A DNA stretch of 44,096 bases from Phormidesmis sp. (GTDB lineage Bacteria; Cyanobacteriota; Cyanobacteriia; Phormidesmidales; Phormidesmidaceae): assembly GCA_041745715.1 (NCBI GenBank), contig JBGTIK010000072.1:1-44096 (forward strand). The letters are read 5' to 3'. How positions within the stretch are numbered: position 1 is the first letter of the stretch; each line of letters begins with the position of its first letter. This document shows positions 29,683-39,717 of this stretch, in pieces. The position numbers were made by a program, and so were the translations under genes. The notes beneath the pieces are model-generated. The model saw nothing but the letters and a program-made list of their open reading frames with translations. It did not search any database and had not been told where the DNA came from.

Positions 29683-30945
29683 TTACTGCCAACGACTAGC
29701 TTCGCAGGCCAGAATTTTGTCTAAGATGGCGATCTGTGGGGAATTTTGGCGATCGCGTACCTTCTTCTCAGCCGCTATATTTATTAGCTCCATTTCCAAC
29801 CGCTTGTGATAAGCCTCCGTGATGCTATTGGGCAGAGGCAATTTTTGGCTGATTTGACTGAGTTGGTTAGTGGTGTAGGCCAGCGTAGGGTCAAAGCCGA
29901 TCTTGGCGGCGAGTGATTCAATCACATGGCGCTGCTCAGGCCGAGCGATCGCTTCCCACTTCTCCATCGGCTCAGCCAAAATACGGGCGCTCTCAGCCGC
30001 TAAAATCTGCCGTTGCAGCCAAGCTTCTGAGGTTGAAACCGGCCAGTCACTCGTCGCTTCATCGACCTTGGCAAAGGCGTGAGCCTCTGTGTAAGTGATT
30101 TGATTGTCTTGATTGAAATCGGCAGAAGCAACGGGGTTGCCGAGGCGATCGCGCCCTGTCAATCCGGCAAAAAAGCTAGAGCTGTAATCTTTATAATCGG
30201 CTTCATTCACCGCCGGGGTGCAGCCCACTGAAGGGCGCGACGCCACGGTCGCAAAAAAGCCACAGCGGGCTTGCAGCGCCACTGGCTGTTGCGGATCGCC
30301 CTTTTCATAAATTAAATTGGCAAATGCGCCTGAGTAGCACTGAGCCATCATCGTCACAAAGGGCCGATCGGCAGGCATTTGATCGAGCCATCCAGCCATT
30401 TCACTCACAGAGACAAAGGTTTCATCCCACAAAATGAGCGAATTATCGTCTTCGTTTTCCTTGTTATGGAAGCCGTGACCTGTGAAATACAAAAAAGCAG
30501 GGCAGGGTTTTTCGGCTTGGGCAATCGCGCTAAACCAGCTATAGACGTTATCAATTGTGGCCCCGCCGTCTAAATCAAGAATCTCAGCCGCTTTAAATTG
30601 CTCATCACCCTCATCATTTAAGTAGCGCACAGTTGGCTCTGCAAAATTGCCGCTGGCAAAATACAGCTGGGCTTGCTGCTGGGAAAAGCCGAGGGTAGTA
30701 AGCGATCGCTGAAAGTACAGCAGATTCTTTTCTAAAGCAATTTCGTTGTAGCTCGGAGCGCCGCCGCCAGCGATCGCGCCAAAATAGGTATTAACATCAG
30801 TCGGTAAATCAATCTCGTTCAGCAGAGTATTGCGCGTCATGATTTCGGCCTGATCGGAATCGAGCTTAGAAAGCGTCGCCTCACCGAGTGCGAGTACTCC
30901 TACCGCTAAACTCACTGCCAACAAAGGCAAACCCCAACGATTCAT
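29683..30945 (-). CDS. Secreted clan CD (caspase/legumain-like) cysteine peptidase-domain protein
   Basis: Signal peptide; LYFTGHG and MAQCYSG His/Cys dyad motifs. Confidence 0.7.
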   Translation of the reverse strand: MNRWGLPLLAVSLAVGVLALGEATLSKLDSDQAEIMTRNTLLNEIDLPTDVNTYFGAIAGGGAPSYNEIALEKNLLYFQRSLTTLGFSQQQAQLYFASGNFAEPTVRYLNDEGDEQFKAAEILDLDGGATIDNVYSWFSAIAQAEKPCPAFLYFTGHGFHNKENEDDNSLILWDETFVSVSEMAGWLDQMPADRPFVTMMAQCYSGAFANLIYEKGDPQQPVALQARCGFFATVASRPSVGCTPAVNEADYKDYSSSFFAGLTGRDRLGNPVASADFNQDNQITYTEAHAFAKVDEATSDWPVSTSEAWLQRQILAAESARILAEPMEKWEAIARPEQRHVIESLAAKIGFDPTLAYTTNQLSQISQKLPLPNSITEAYHKRLEMELINIAAEKKVRDRQNSPQIAILDKILACEASRWQ

Positions 30946-30996
30946 ACCACCGCTCAGAATACTTCTTGTTTGATTCTAGGGCCTTATTTTAGGCTG

Positions 30997-31971
30997 TTAC
31001 ATCTGGCGTAAGCTAGCCGCTAATCCGAGCGTGATTTTGGCCATTGCGGTGATGTCTAGCGTTTCTAGCGTATCTGAAGGCTGGTGATAGTGGGGGCTGC
31101 GCAAATTGGCCGTATCGGTCACCATAACCGCCGGATAGCCCGCATCCCAAAAAGGCGCATGGTCGCTGTCACGGGTTCGCGGAATTTGCCGACCTTGATT
31201 GAACACTGGCAACCACTCACAGGGCATCCCGGCCTGCTTCATTTGTCGCTTCATCGCCATCATGCTTAAAGTCGTCGCCGCATTGCCAATCAGCGCAATA
31301 AAGTTGCCCGTATTGGGATAAATTCGGCTCAGCGCTGGCAGCGGATATTGCTGAGAGTAAGGCGCAGATGAAAAGTAGCCCAGCATTTCGAGCGACAGCA
31401 TCAGGTGCAACGATTTCTGCTGAGCCCGCCAGTTTTCAGCGCAGACTCGACTGCCGACTAGGCCGTATTCTTCCAAGTCAAAGGCCACAAAGTGGAGGCT
31501 GCGGCGAGGGGAATGGGCTGATGATTTTGCCGACAATAGCGCGGCTAGGGTGAGCAAAACAGCGACGCCGCTGGCATTGTCATCTGCACCCGGAGAGCCC
31601 GGAACCGTATCGTAATGAGCCCCGATTAAGACCGGCGCTAGAGAGGTGCGACCTGGAATGGTGATTTGCCAGTTGAAGTGTTCACGCGCTTGGACTAAAA
31701 ATCGCTGGCTTGTGAGTGAACCGTATTGGCTCAGCTCTGCGCAAATGTAGCGCTGGGTAAGTTCGTATCTGCCAGAGTGGAGGTACGGATCGCGTGGGCC
31801 AGTGAGCGATCGCAAGTGTCCCTCGAGCTGCTGGGCGATCGCCGTGAGAGTTTCAGGCAAAGTTTCAGGCAAAGTTTCAGTCAAGAGGGGGAGAGGGGTG
31901 ATGACGGTGACATGAGCGAGTTTGTCTTTTTCGCACATTATCAAAAAGCTGGTCAATAAGCTAAGGTCCAT
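30997..31971 (-). CDS. M28 family peptidase
   Basis: IGAHYD, GADDNASG, FDLEEYGLVGS, SDHAPF, YHQPSD; true start may be downstream. Confidence 0.92.
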   Translation of the reverse strand: MDLSLLTSFLIMCEKDKLAHVTVITPLPLLTETLPETLPETLTAIAQQLEGHLRSLTGPRDPYLHSGRYELTQRYICAELSQYGSLTSQRFLVQAREHFNWQITIPGRTSLAPVLIGAHYDTVPGSPGADDNASGVAVLLTLAALLSAKSSAHSPRRSLHFVAFDLEEYGLVGSRVCAENWRAQQKSLHLMLSLEMLGYFSSAPYSQQYPLPALSRIYPNTGNFIALIGNAATTLSMMAMKRQMKQAGMPCEWLPVFNQGRQIPRTRDSDHAPFWDAGYPAVMVTDTANLRSPHYHQPSDTLETLDITAMAKITLGLAASLRQM

Positions 31972-32140
31972 CAGCCCATCAGCTTTTCAAAACTCAGTAT
32001 TTTTTTGTCTCAGTATTTAAGGAAAATTAACGCCCAATTGCTTGGCGCTTATCCTTTTTAGCTTCTTCAAGAGGTCTTGACTTGCTGGGATCGGTGATTA
32101 GCCTTGCTTGTTGAGAATTCTAAAGACGAAATGAAATCTG

Positions 32141-32163
32141 TATAATTGTAAGACCTGATACAA
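32141..32163. promoter_or_regulatory. TATAAT immediately followed by an NtcA-type box upstream of rlpA
   Basis: TATAAT at 32141-32146; TTGTA-agacctga-TACAA with GTA-N8-TAC at 32148-32161. Confidence 0.55.
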
Positions 32164-32217
32164 AATGCCCCGTATCTTGCTCATGGGCTCATAGTTCATT
32201 TTAGAGCTGAGCCTTTG

Positions 32218-32256
32218 AGAAATTTAGCGAAGAAATTTAGCTGAGAAATTTAGCGA
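32218..32256. repeat. 13-bp tandem repeat x3 in the rlpA leader
   Basis: agaaatttagcga / agaaatttagctg / agaaatttagcga. Confidence 0.85.
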
Positions 32257-32277
32257 AAGGAATTCAGATTAAAGCGT

Positions 32278-33423
32278 ATGGATGCCCCCCCTTTACCGCC
32301 TTCAAGTCATGATGTTCAAAGCAATCTGCCGAGCGTGGTGGCCAATGCGAGCGCAGTGTCTACTTCGCTGCCGTCAGCGCTGATGCCGAGCGATCCGGTT
32401 GCGGCGGTTGCTTGGGGAACCACCACTGGGAGAAAGTCTGCTGAGCGATCCGGTCTTGAAAGCCTATCTAAGCCTGATCACTGGCTAGCGTCTTCTCATC
32501 TGATGCGATCCTTTAGGTTTGTTGGGCAGGCGTTTAGAGTGGCTCAAGTGAGCAGCGTTTTAGGGCTAGCTCAGCCGGGCTCAACCGTTCCACTACACTG
32601 GGCCCGCAGCCAAAATTGGAAAAGCTGGGGAGCGATCGCGGATATTCAAGTTACCTTAGTCAATGTCAGCGCTCAGCAGGCCAAGGCTGAAAATTCCCCT
32701 TGGGCCGCACCCTTGATAGAGCCATGTCTGCCCGCAGCCAAGCGCGATTTGCAATCCGAAGATCTGCGCTACCGGATCAGCTTTAAGCACAAAACCCTGG
32801 GCTATGTCGCCGACAAAGATCGGGCATTTTTGCTGGCTCAGCAGCTCCAGCGCTTAATTCGGCAAGCAGACTTTGAAGCTGATGCGATCGCCCCTACTCG
32901 ATCTCTCACCCAAGCAACCGAAGATGCCAATGATTTTCTCGTAACGGCTGGCGACCAGCCGCTGTTCTCAATTGATGAGGCTATGGCTGAAGACATTGGC
33001 TACTCCAAAGAATGGGCGGCTGTGGCCTGGGCCAATAATTTGCGAATAGCGCTAGAAACTGAGCCGCTGAGCGTCGGTGACGCCCAAATGACGCTGCAAA
33101 ACCTCCAGCCTTCTACTCTTGAGCTATCAGGCGAAGCCTCCTGGTATGGGCCTTACTTTCATGGACGGCCAACTGCCAATGGCGAAACCTATGACCAAAA
33201 CGAGCTGAGCGTAGCTCATAAGTCACTGCCATTTGGCACACAGCTTAAAGTTCGTAACCTGACTAATGACAAAACCGTGGTGGTTCGAGTCAATGACCGA
33301 GGGCCGTATGTGGACAATCGCTCCCTCGATTTGTCCAAAGCCGCCGCTGAGTGCTTGGGCAGCGACCAGACGGGCGTTATTCCCTATGAGGCCGTTATTT
33401 TAAAAGAGACTAGGCGACGCTAG
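32278..33423 (+). CDS. rlpA: RlpA-family septal lytic transglycosylase
   Basis: GEASWYGPYFHGRPTANGE, AHKSLPFGT, VRVNDRGPY, LDLS; long N-terminal extension. Confidence 0.88.
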   Translation: MDAPPLPPSSHDVQSNLPSVVANASAVSTSLPSALMPSDPVAAVAWGTTTGRKSAERSGLESLSKPDHWLASSHLMRSFRFVGQAFRVAQVSSVLGLAQPGSTVPLHWARSQNWKSWGAIADIQVTLVNVSAQQAKAENSPWAAPLIEPCLPAAKRDLQSEDLRYRISFKHKTLGYVADKDRAFLLAQQLQRLIRQADFEADAIAPTRSLTQATEDANDFLVTAGDQPLFSIDEAMAEDIGYSKEWAAVAWANNLRIALETEPLSVGDAQMTLQNLQPSTLELSGEASWYGPYFHGRPTANGETYDQNELSVAHKSLPFGTQLKVRNLTNDKTVVVRVNDRGPYVDNRSLDLSKAAAECLGSDQTGVIPYEAVILKETRRR

Positions 33424-33480
33424 CCCAATTGAACAGATCATTCGTGAGGCGCATTCTCAAGGGTGCTAGGCGTGCGGCAA

Positions 33481-34641
33481 TCAATTGCCCCGGATCTGCC
33501 GGTCAATTTGTCCTAGCGTCGCCAAATCTGCGGCTGGAAAATCGTGATTGAACCCGGACCAGCTCTGTGGATTCGGCTGACGTAAAAACTCAAAAGCGTG
33601 GTAAAAATCCGCCGAGTTAGCTGTTACCGGAGCGCTGAAATGAGCTGGAATGATCTGCTCAAAGTCCCATATGGCGATTTGATCAACCCAAGCTAGGACA
33701 TCTTTCGCCCCTTGATTGAAAATCAGGGTCTGTAAAATCGGGGCGACGATTAGGTGTCCATCGGATCGCAAGGTTTCAAAAGACGAATACCAATCGATTT
33801 GCCACTGAAAAGGATATAGGCCGAAATAATTTTTCTGAGAGCGATCGCTCGCCTTCACCGCATCCTTTAAAAGCTGACCCAATTTCGGTACCGCCAGCGC
33901 ACTGGGCTGAAAGTAAAAGGCAAACAGCGAAATTCTCGCCCAGCCTTTGCGCCGGTTCTCAACTGTATCCGCCAATGGATCTAGGGCACTCTCGCGAGCG
34001 TGAAAGAGCAGCGGGAAAGGATCTTGAGCGACGACACTAGGCGGATCTAACGGAATTGAAAGAACGGCATCTAGGGCGAGCAGCGATCGCGTCTCTCGAT
34101 GAAAAAAAGCCACCTCCGTATAAGGCTTTACGCTCAGCTCAATCGGGCCCACAATCGCATAGTCAAACTCATCGTAAAAAGGCGCTTGGCGTGGATCGGC
34201 TGGCAAGATATGCGTGCGCTTAGCCGGAAAACCCAGCCAGCTTAGCGGTAGATCGATTGGAAAGCTCCATTGATGAGGCGCGACATAGACTTGCGATTGC
34301 TTGAACTTTTGCGCAAATGGCCCCGCCAAATACTTATGCTCCACCCCCGTCACCGTCGGTAAAATCACATATTTCACCGCTCCATGCGCTGCTTCTAGCG
34401 CCTGCACCAGCCGCACGCATTCGCGCGTCGGCGCAACCGGCGAAAATACCAGCAGCCCGCCCGCTGCCAGCTTTATCACCGTCATCCGAATCGGCACCAC
34501 CACATAAAAAATTCCCTGCACCTGCTCAAATAGCCAGAGCTTACCAGGAATAATTTCGCGGACAAAAGTGCGCCGCCGACCATACGGATAGATCGGCACA
34601 ATCGGCCATAAGGGCCAAGCTTGGTCACCGCGTTGAGTCAT
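33481..34641 (-). CDS. DUF4336 protein (metallo-beta-lactamase-like fold)
   Basis: WPIVPIYPYGRRRT, RMTVIKL, EHK, EVAFFH, IIPAHF. Confidence 0.85.
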   Translation of the reverse strand: MTQRGDQAWPLWPIVPIYPYGRRRTFVREIIPGKLWLFEQVQGIFYVVVPIRMTVIKLAAGGLLVFSPVAPTRECVRLVQALEAAHGAVKYVILPTVTGVEHKYLAGPFAQKFKQSQVYVAPHQWSFPIDLPLSWLGFPAKRTHILPADPRQAPFYDEFDYAIVGPIELSVKPYTEVAFFHRETRSLLALDAVLSIPLDPPSVVAQDPFPLLFHARESALDPLADTVENRRKGWARISLFAFYFQPSALAVPKLGQLLKDAVKASDRSQKNYFGLYPFQWQIDWYSSFETLRSDGHLIVAPILQTLIFNQGAKDVLAWVDQIAIWDFEQIIPAHFSAPVTANSADFYHAFEFLRQPNPQSWSGFNHDFPAADLATLGQIDRQIRGN

Positions 34642-34650
34642 GTTAAGGCG

Positions 34651-35283
34651 CTACAGCAGCTCAATATTAGAAAACGAAATTTCCATATCAGCGCCATCTG
34701 CTGAAGTCACCGTCCGCTTAGCCAAAATAGTGTAGCCACCGACTTGGGTATAGTCATCGATAAACTCGCTGCGCCCTTGCGTTATCTCACCCGTTTTTGG
34801 ATCGCGATACACCGAATCGTAGGTGTGTGACAAGTAGCCATTGCCCGTATCGTAGGAGCTGAAGGTGTTGATGGTGACTACTGTGCCGTGAATGTGTCGG
34901 TGCACCATTGTGAATTCGTTTCCCTTCACCTTGTAAGCGTCACCTCCTGAGTTGCCGCCTACGGCAATTTTCATTGCGCCATCGGCCTCAGTGCCATCTA
35001 CTTTAAAGGTGTTTTTACCATGAACTGTCTCAAAAGGGCGGCTGACGCGGTGAATAGCGACTTCCCAAAGCTGGTTTTTGATGGTTTTGTGAGCGGTTTC
35101 GTCCTCGACTCCAAAGACTTCTGCCGATAAGTCAGGGTTCACTTTGGCAGTGCCCTGGAAACTCTGATCGCCGAGCTTTAAAGTGACTTCTGTCGTGTAA
35201 CCCGGAAAAGCTTTATCCCAGGTGTAGCGGTTTTCATAGGCAGCTTGAACCAGTTCGCGGGCGGAAACCTGTAGAGCAGTCAT
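34651..35283 (-). CDS. DUF3386 protein
   Basis: AAYENRYTWDKAFPGY, QLWEVAIHRV, VHRHIHG. Confidence 0.88.
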   Translation of the reverse strand: MTALQVSARELVQAAYENRYTWDKAFPGYTTEVTLKLGDQSFQGTAKVNPDLSAEVFGVEDETAHKTIKNQLWEVAIHRVSRPFETVHGKNTFKVDGTEADGAMKIAVGGNSGGDAYKVKGNEFTMVHRHIHGTVVTINTFSSYDTGNGYLSHTYDSVYRDPKTGEITQGRSEFIDDYTQVGGYTILAKRTVTSADGADMEISFSNIELL

Positions 35284-35438
35284 GGCGTTCTTGATGTATT
35301 AGAAAAATACTGAAAGTAATTGCTGAAAGTGATTTTGATATAGCGATCCTAGCGTAGCAGCAGCGCCTTACCGTCTTCTTTGACTGATCCTTAATTTATT
35401 TAACGCACTTTCATTAAGTCAGCATTGAGTCAGCTAAC

Positions 35439-35624
35439 TCAACCGGGTGTAACGCCATAGTTCACGAGGCTGCTAGCGCTGACTTTCCACTGCACAGCCT
35501 GTCCCCAAGCCTGCTGACGAATCCAGCAAAAGGTTCCTAAGTAGCGCTCCAGCACAAAGTCTGGCAGGTCACTTGGCTGATCTTTGAGTCGTACAAAGGT
35601 TCCGGGCTTTAGGTGAGCATTCAT
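35439..35624 (-). CDS. Small cyanobacterial hypothetical protein
   Basis: LKPGTFVRLKDQPSDLPDFVLERY...CWIRQQAW; SH3-like pattern. Confidence 0.65.
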   Translation of the reverse strand: MNAHLKPGTFVRLKDQPSDLPDFVLERYLGTFCWIRQQAWGQAVQWKVSASSLVNYGVTPG

Positions 35625-35943
35625 AAGCACCACAGGGAGATAGAGCTAACGTCAAAAGCAATATATCTAAAATAGTTCGCATGTACTGTTACGGAGGCGA
35701 CATTTATGAGACATAACTTTTCTCTCGTAAAGATTTATTAATTAAATCGTCTGCTTTTCACCTCTATTTAGGCAATCTACCTTTGTGCGTATTTTGTTAA
35801 ATGAGATAACCCTAAAATCGACAGAGGCTGAGTTGCAGGCAGCTTTCTTACCTTGTCAATCAATCCAGCGCTCAAAGCCGGATTGATTAATTGATCAACA
35901 GACCTTCTGCATGAAGGCAATAGAGAACTTAAGGAGCGATCGC

Positions 35944-36435
35944 ATGGCAAGCAAACAGACTTTTCATGAAGGAGACAAAGTGCAGTGGCCTGCGGGGCAA
36001 GGTACTACGGTCGGCACCGTTGAAAAATATATCACTCAAGACCAATCAGTGGGCGATCGCACCCTATCCGCTTCTAAAGACAATCCTCGCTATTTAGTAA
36101 AAAATGACAACACCGGCAAGGTAACGGCTCATCGGCCCGATACGCTGTCAGCAGTTGAAAGCTCTAAAGGTTCTAAGGGTTCTAACGGTGGCACTCAGTC
36201 TAAAGAAAAATCTGATCCGGAAAGTTCGGATAAGCTGAAATTGGGCGATCGCGTCGAATGGAGCACTCGCCAAGGCAAAACTACTGGCACCGTCAAAAAG
36301 AAGCTGACTAGCGAGACAAATATCAAAGGTCATACGGCCAAAGCCAGCAAAGATGATCCGCAATACCTTGTAGAAAGTGAGCGCACAGGGAGCGAAGCTG
36401 CACACAAGCCAGACGCCCTAAAGCCAATTGACTAA
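35944..36435 (+). CDS. Tandem DUF2945 (HVA1/Tudor-like) domain protein
   Basis: Two copies of GD.V.W...QG.T.GTV....ASKD.P.YLV....TG....H.PD.L; AAGGAG RBS before ATG 35944. Confidence 0.85.
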   Translation: MASKQTFHEGDKVQWPAGQGTTVGTVEKYITQDQSVGDRTLSASKDNPRYLVKNDNTGKVTAHRPDTLSAVESSKGSKGSNGGTQSKEKSDPESSDKLKLGDRVEWSTRQGKTTGTVKKKLTSETNIKGHTAKASKDDPQYLVESERTGSEAAHKPDALKPID

Positions 36436-36534
36436 AGCATAAACCGGCTATAGGCTCAGCTTATCTGGGCTTTGTTGATAGTGGTAATCAAAAAAAAGTG
36501 CTAGTTAAAGAAACTGGTCAAACAGCTTGCGTCA

Positions 36535-37239
36535 TCAGCTGTTGCCGTCTTCAGCTTCTTCTATGCTTAAAGCCGAAGCCGCTAGCTTGGTAGCGTAAAC
36601 CATAGCGCCAACCGTAACAGCAAGTCCTAACGCTTGAAACATCAGGTTTTCATTTTGCTGATCCGCTGAAAAAATGCTAGCTCCAAACGTGCCGACATAA
36701 ACATAGGTAAAGATAACTGGCAACATTCCTAACCAAGAAAAGAATAGATATTCCCAGAAATCGATCTTGGTTAGGCTGAAGCCGTAATTGAGAATATTAG
36801 AAGGCAATAAAGGCGATAGCCGCGTCAATAATACAATTTTCCAGCCTTTTTGAGCAAAAGCGCGATCCAGCTTGTGAAACCGACTGCTCTCTTTAATTGA
36901 ACGGGTAATCCATCTGCGGCCCATAACTTGGCCAATCACAAAGCAGGCGGCGATGCTAAGCGTATCGGCACCAGATGCGATTACAACGCCCTGGGTGAGG
37001 CCGAATAAAGTGCCTGCTGCCAGCACCAAAACAATATTTGGCAAACCGAAAACGGCGGCTGTGACATAGATGGTGATGAATGCCGGGAGCGTCCAGACAC
37101 CTTGGTTTGCCAACCAGCTATGAGCAATTGAAATCCAAGCAACGATAGGAAGTTGGCTGATCAGCACGGCTAATAGGGTCGCGATCGCCAATCCAGCCAA
37201 AACCCGTTTTTTTCGCAGCCACCTAAAAGCTACTTTCAT
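36535..37239 (-). CDS. TVP38/TMEM64 (DedA/VTT) membrane protein
   Basis: LAAGTLFG, KIVLLTRLSPLLP..ILNY, GMLP. Confidence 0.9.
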   Translation of the reverse strand: MKVAFRWLRKKRVLAGLAIATLLAVLISQLPIVAWISIAHSWLANQGVWTLPAFITIYVTAAVFGLPNIVLVLAAGTLFGLTQGVVIASGADTLSIAACFVIGQVMGRRWITRSIKESSRFHKLDRAFAQKGWKIVLLTRLSPLLPSNILNYGFSLTKIDFWEYLFFSWLGMLPVIFTYVYVGTFGASIFSADQQNENLMFQALGLAVTVGAMVYATKLAASALSIEEAEDGNS

Positions 37240-37470
37240 AACTCGCTTTCAACCCTAAACATGAGGTCAATAACCCGCCTATCCACGATATTTACGTTTA
37301 CCACAGTCGTGTTGACAAGTGGTATTACGGGTATAGCCTCATAAACAGCGCAATCGTCTAAGCATTATGACACTGCACGCAAGCAAAGGTTTCTGGCTGG
37401 AGAAATGATCTGTTGATAGCCCAGACGGGACGATGATGACTGATGCGATAAACGATTACTGGTGCGATCA

Positions 37471-38226
37471 CTAATGGGCTGGCGCATCAGCGCCCCAAAC
37501 ATCGGTTAGGCGCTGATCTCGCCCGCAGCCAAAGCGATAGACTTTGTATCTCATCGGGTGAGTTTGATAGTAATTTTGATGGTAGTCTTCGGCATCATAA
37601 AAAGGTGCAGCGGGCAAAATGTCGGTCGCAACCGGCTGATCTAACTCTTCAGCGACTGCTTCCTTTGCGGCTTCTGCTAGCGTCTGCTGCTCAGGGTTTT
37701 CGTAGAAAACAGCCGAACGGTACTGACTGCCTTTATCGCAAAACTGTCCTTGATCATCGAGCGGATCGACGTTGTGCCAAAACGTCGTGAGTAGCGTTTC
37801 ATAGCTGACCTTGGTCGCATCGTAGCGAATCTCTACAGCTTCTACATGGCCTGTGCCGCCTGCTGAAACTTCTTCGTAAGACGGATTTTCGCTGGTGCCG
37901 CCAGTGTAACCAGAGGTGGTAGAAACAACGCCCTCAATCTCGTCAAAAGGCTGCTCCATGCACCAAAAGCAGCCGCCCGCAAAGACAGCGGTTGAAATAT
38001 CGCCTTCTGCTACGGCTGTGCTGTCGCTGGAGGCCGGTAACGTCGCCTCTATAGCAGGCTGTGTGCAGCCTGCTACGCCCCACACAATCGCCCACACCAG
38101 TGGCAGAACGCTCAGCTTTGGCCAAAGCCGCCTGAGGCGCTGAGCGTTAAAGAGTCTGGTGATGATTGCGATGCTGGTCGTCATGCCGAGTGCGCTGCCT
38201 AATAAATACGATGAGTCTATATTCAT
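37471..38226 (-). CDS. msrA: Peptide-methionine (S)-S-oxide reductase, probably an exported lipoprotein
   Basis: FAGGCFWC, SGYTGG, GHVEAV, GQFCDKGSQYRS, AEDYHQNYY; lipobox-like VAGC; start probably downstream of 38226. Confidence 0.93.
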   Translation of the reverse strand: MNIDSSYLLGSALGMTTSIAIITRLFNAQRLRRLWPKLSVLPLVWAIVWGVAGCTQPAIEATLPASSDSTAVAEGDISTAVFAGGCFWCMEQPFDEIEGVVSTTSGYTGGTSENPSYEEVSAGGTGHVEAVEIRYDATKVSYETLLTTFWHNVDPLDDQGQFCDKGSQYRSAVFYENPEQQTLAEAAKEAVAEELDQPVATDILPAAPFYDAEDYHQNYYQTHPMRYKVYRFGCGRDQRLTDVWGADAPAH

Positions 38227-38261
38227 TACTATAGATACCTTTGATTGGTTTGAGTAAAGTC

Positions 38262-39695
38262 ATGAACCTGCAACGTCTCCCTTTGCCACCCGGCCATCTG
38301 GGTCTGCCTGTGATTGGCGAAACTCTCAGCTTTTTGCGAGATCCTAATTTCGCGCGCAAGCGACAGCAAAAGTACGGCAGCTTATTCAAATCGCGCATTA
38401 TCGGTCAACCGACGGTGTTTTTTTGTGGGCCTGAGGCGAATGAGTTTTTGCTCTCTAGTCATGCGGATTGCTTTTCGTGGCAGGGCGGTTGGCCCGATAC
38501 CTTTAAAGAACTGCTGGGCGAATCGCTGTTTTTACAGGAGGGTGAGGTGCATAAGCGCAATCGGCGATTGCTGATGCCCGCCTTTCATGGCAAGGCGCTG
38601 GAGGGCTATTTCTCCACGATGGTGGCTTTGTCAGAGACTCATCTGGCCCGGTGGGAGCAGCAGCGCGAGTTGATTTGGTTTAGGGAGCTGAAGAAATTTA
38701 CCTTTGAAGTGGCTAGCGTTTTGCTTATCGGCAGCAGTCCGGGTGAAAACGTCGATCAGCTATCAGCTTGGTTTACAGATTTGATCAATGGCCTGTTTAC
38801 CGTGCCGATTCGCTGGGGGCCGTTTCCTTACGCTAAGGCTATTAGAGGGCGCGATCGCCTCCTTACCTACATCAACACCGAAATTGCCCAACGCCGCTTG
38901 AGCCTTGCCAATCCAGTAGATAGCGCTCAAGCGCCCCATGATGTACTCAGCTTGCTCCTGCAAACCGAAGACGAAGACGGCAACCGCCTCAGCGAAGCCG
39001 AGATCAAAGTCCAAACATTGCTCATGCTATTTGCAGGCCACGAAACCACCACCTCTATGCTGACTTCTCTAATGATGGCGCTAGCTCAAAATCCAGCTGT
39101 CTTAGCAAAAGCCCGCGCCGAGCAAAGCGCTGTCATCGCCGCCAGTACAGAAGAATTAGAAAAGGGCACAGATCTCACAAACCTCACAAACCTCACAGAT
39201 CAGGCATTGCCGCTGACCGCCTCATCTTTGGCCTCACCGCTGACCTTGGCCCAGATTCAGCAAATGCCCTACCTCGATCAGGTACTCAAAGAAGTCGAGC
39301 GCAAGTACCCACCCATTGGCGGCGGCTTTCGCAAGGTGATCAAAGCCTTCGATTTTAACGGGTACCACGTTCCAGCAGACTGGTTAGCGCTTTACCGGAT
39401 CGAAGCCGCACATTTCGATGAGCGCTGCTACACCCATCCCGATGCATTCGATCCAGACCGTTTTAACGCTGAGCGCGCTGAGCAAAAGCGCTATGACTAC
39501 AGCCTAGTTGGCTTTGGCGGCGGCCCCCGCATCTGCATTGGCATAGCCTTTGCCAAGCTAGAGATGAAGATTTTAGCGGCCTTACTGCTGCGCCGCTATC
39601 AATGGCAGCTAGACCCTGGTCAAGATTTGAGGCTGAATCCCGTGCCCTCACTCAGACCGGCTGATGGCCTGAAAGTAACCTTACTGCGGCGCTAA
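38262..39695 (+). CDS. Cytochrome P450 (CYP120-like)
   Basis: LPPGHLGLPVIGET, FAGHETT, EVER (ExxR), FDPDRF, FGGGPRICIG heme Cys. Confidence 0.92.
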   Translation: MNLQRLPLPPGHLGLPVIGETLSFLRDPNFARKRQQKYGSLFKSRIIGQPTVFFCGPEANEFLLSSHADCFSWQGGWPDTFKELLGESLFLQEGEVHKRNRRLLMPAFHGKALEGYFSTMVALSETHLARWEQQRELIWFRELKKFTFEVASVLLIGSSPGENVDQLSAWFTDLINGLFTVPIRWGPFPYAKAIRGRDRLLTYINTEIAQRRLSLANPVDSAQAPHDVLSLLLQTEDEDGNRLSEAEIKVQTLLMLFAGHETTTSMLTSLMMALAQNPAVLAKARAEQSAVIAASTEELEKGTDLTNLTNLTDQALPLTASSLASPLTLAQIQQMPYLDQVLKEVERKYPPIGGGFRKVIKAFDFNGYHVPADWLALYRIEAAHFDERCYTHPDAFDPDRFNAERAEQKRYDYSLVGFGGGPRICIGIAFAKLEMKILAALLLRRYQWQLDPGQDLRLNPVPSLRPADGLKVTLLRR

Positions 39696-39717
39696 GCATT
39701 CTGACACTGAGGGTCTA

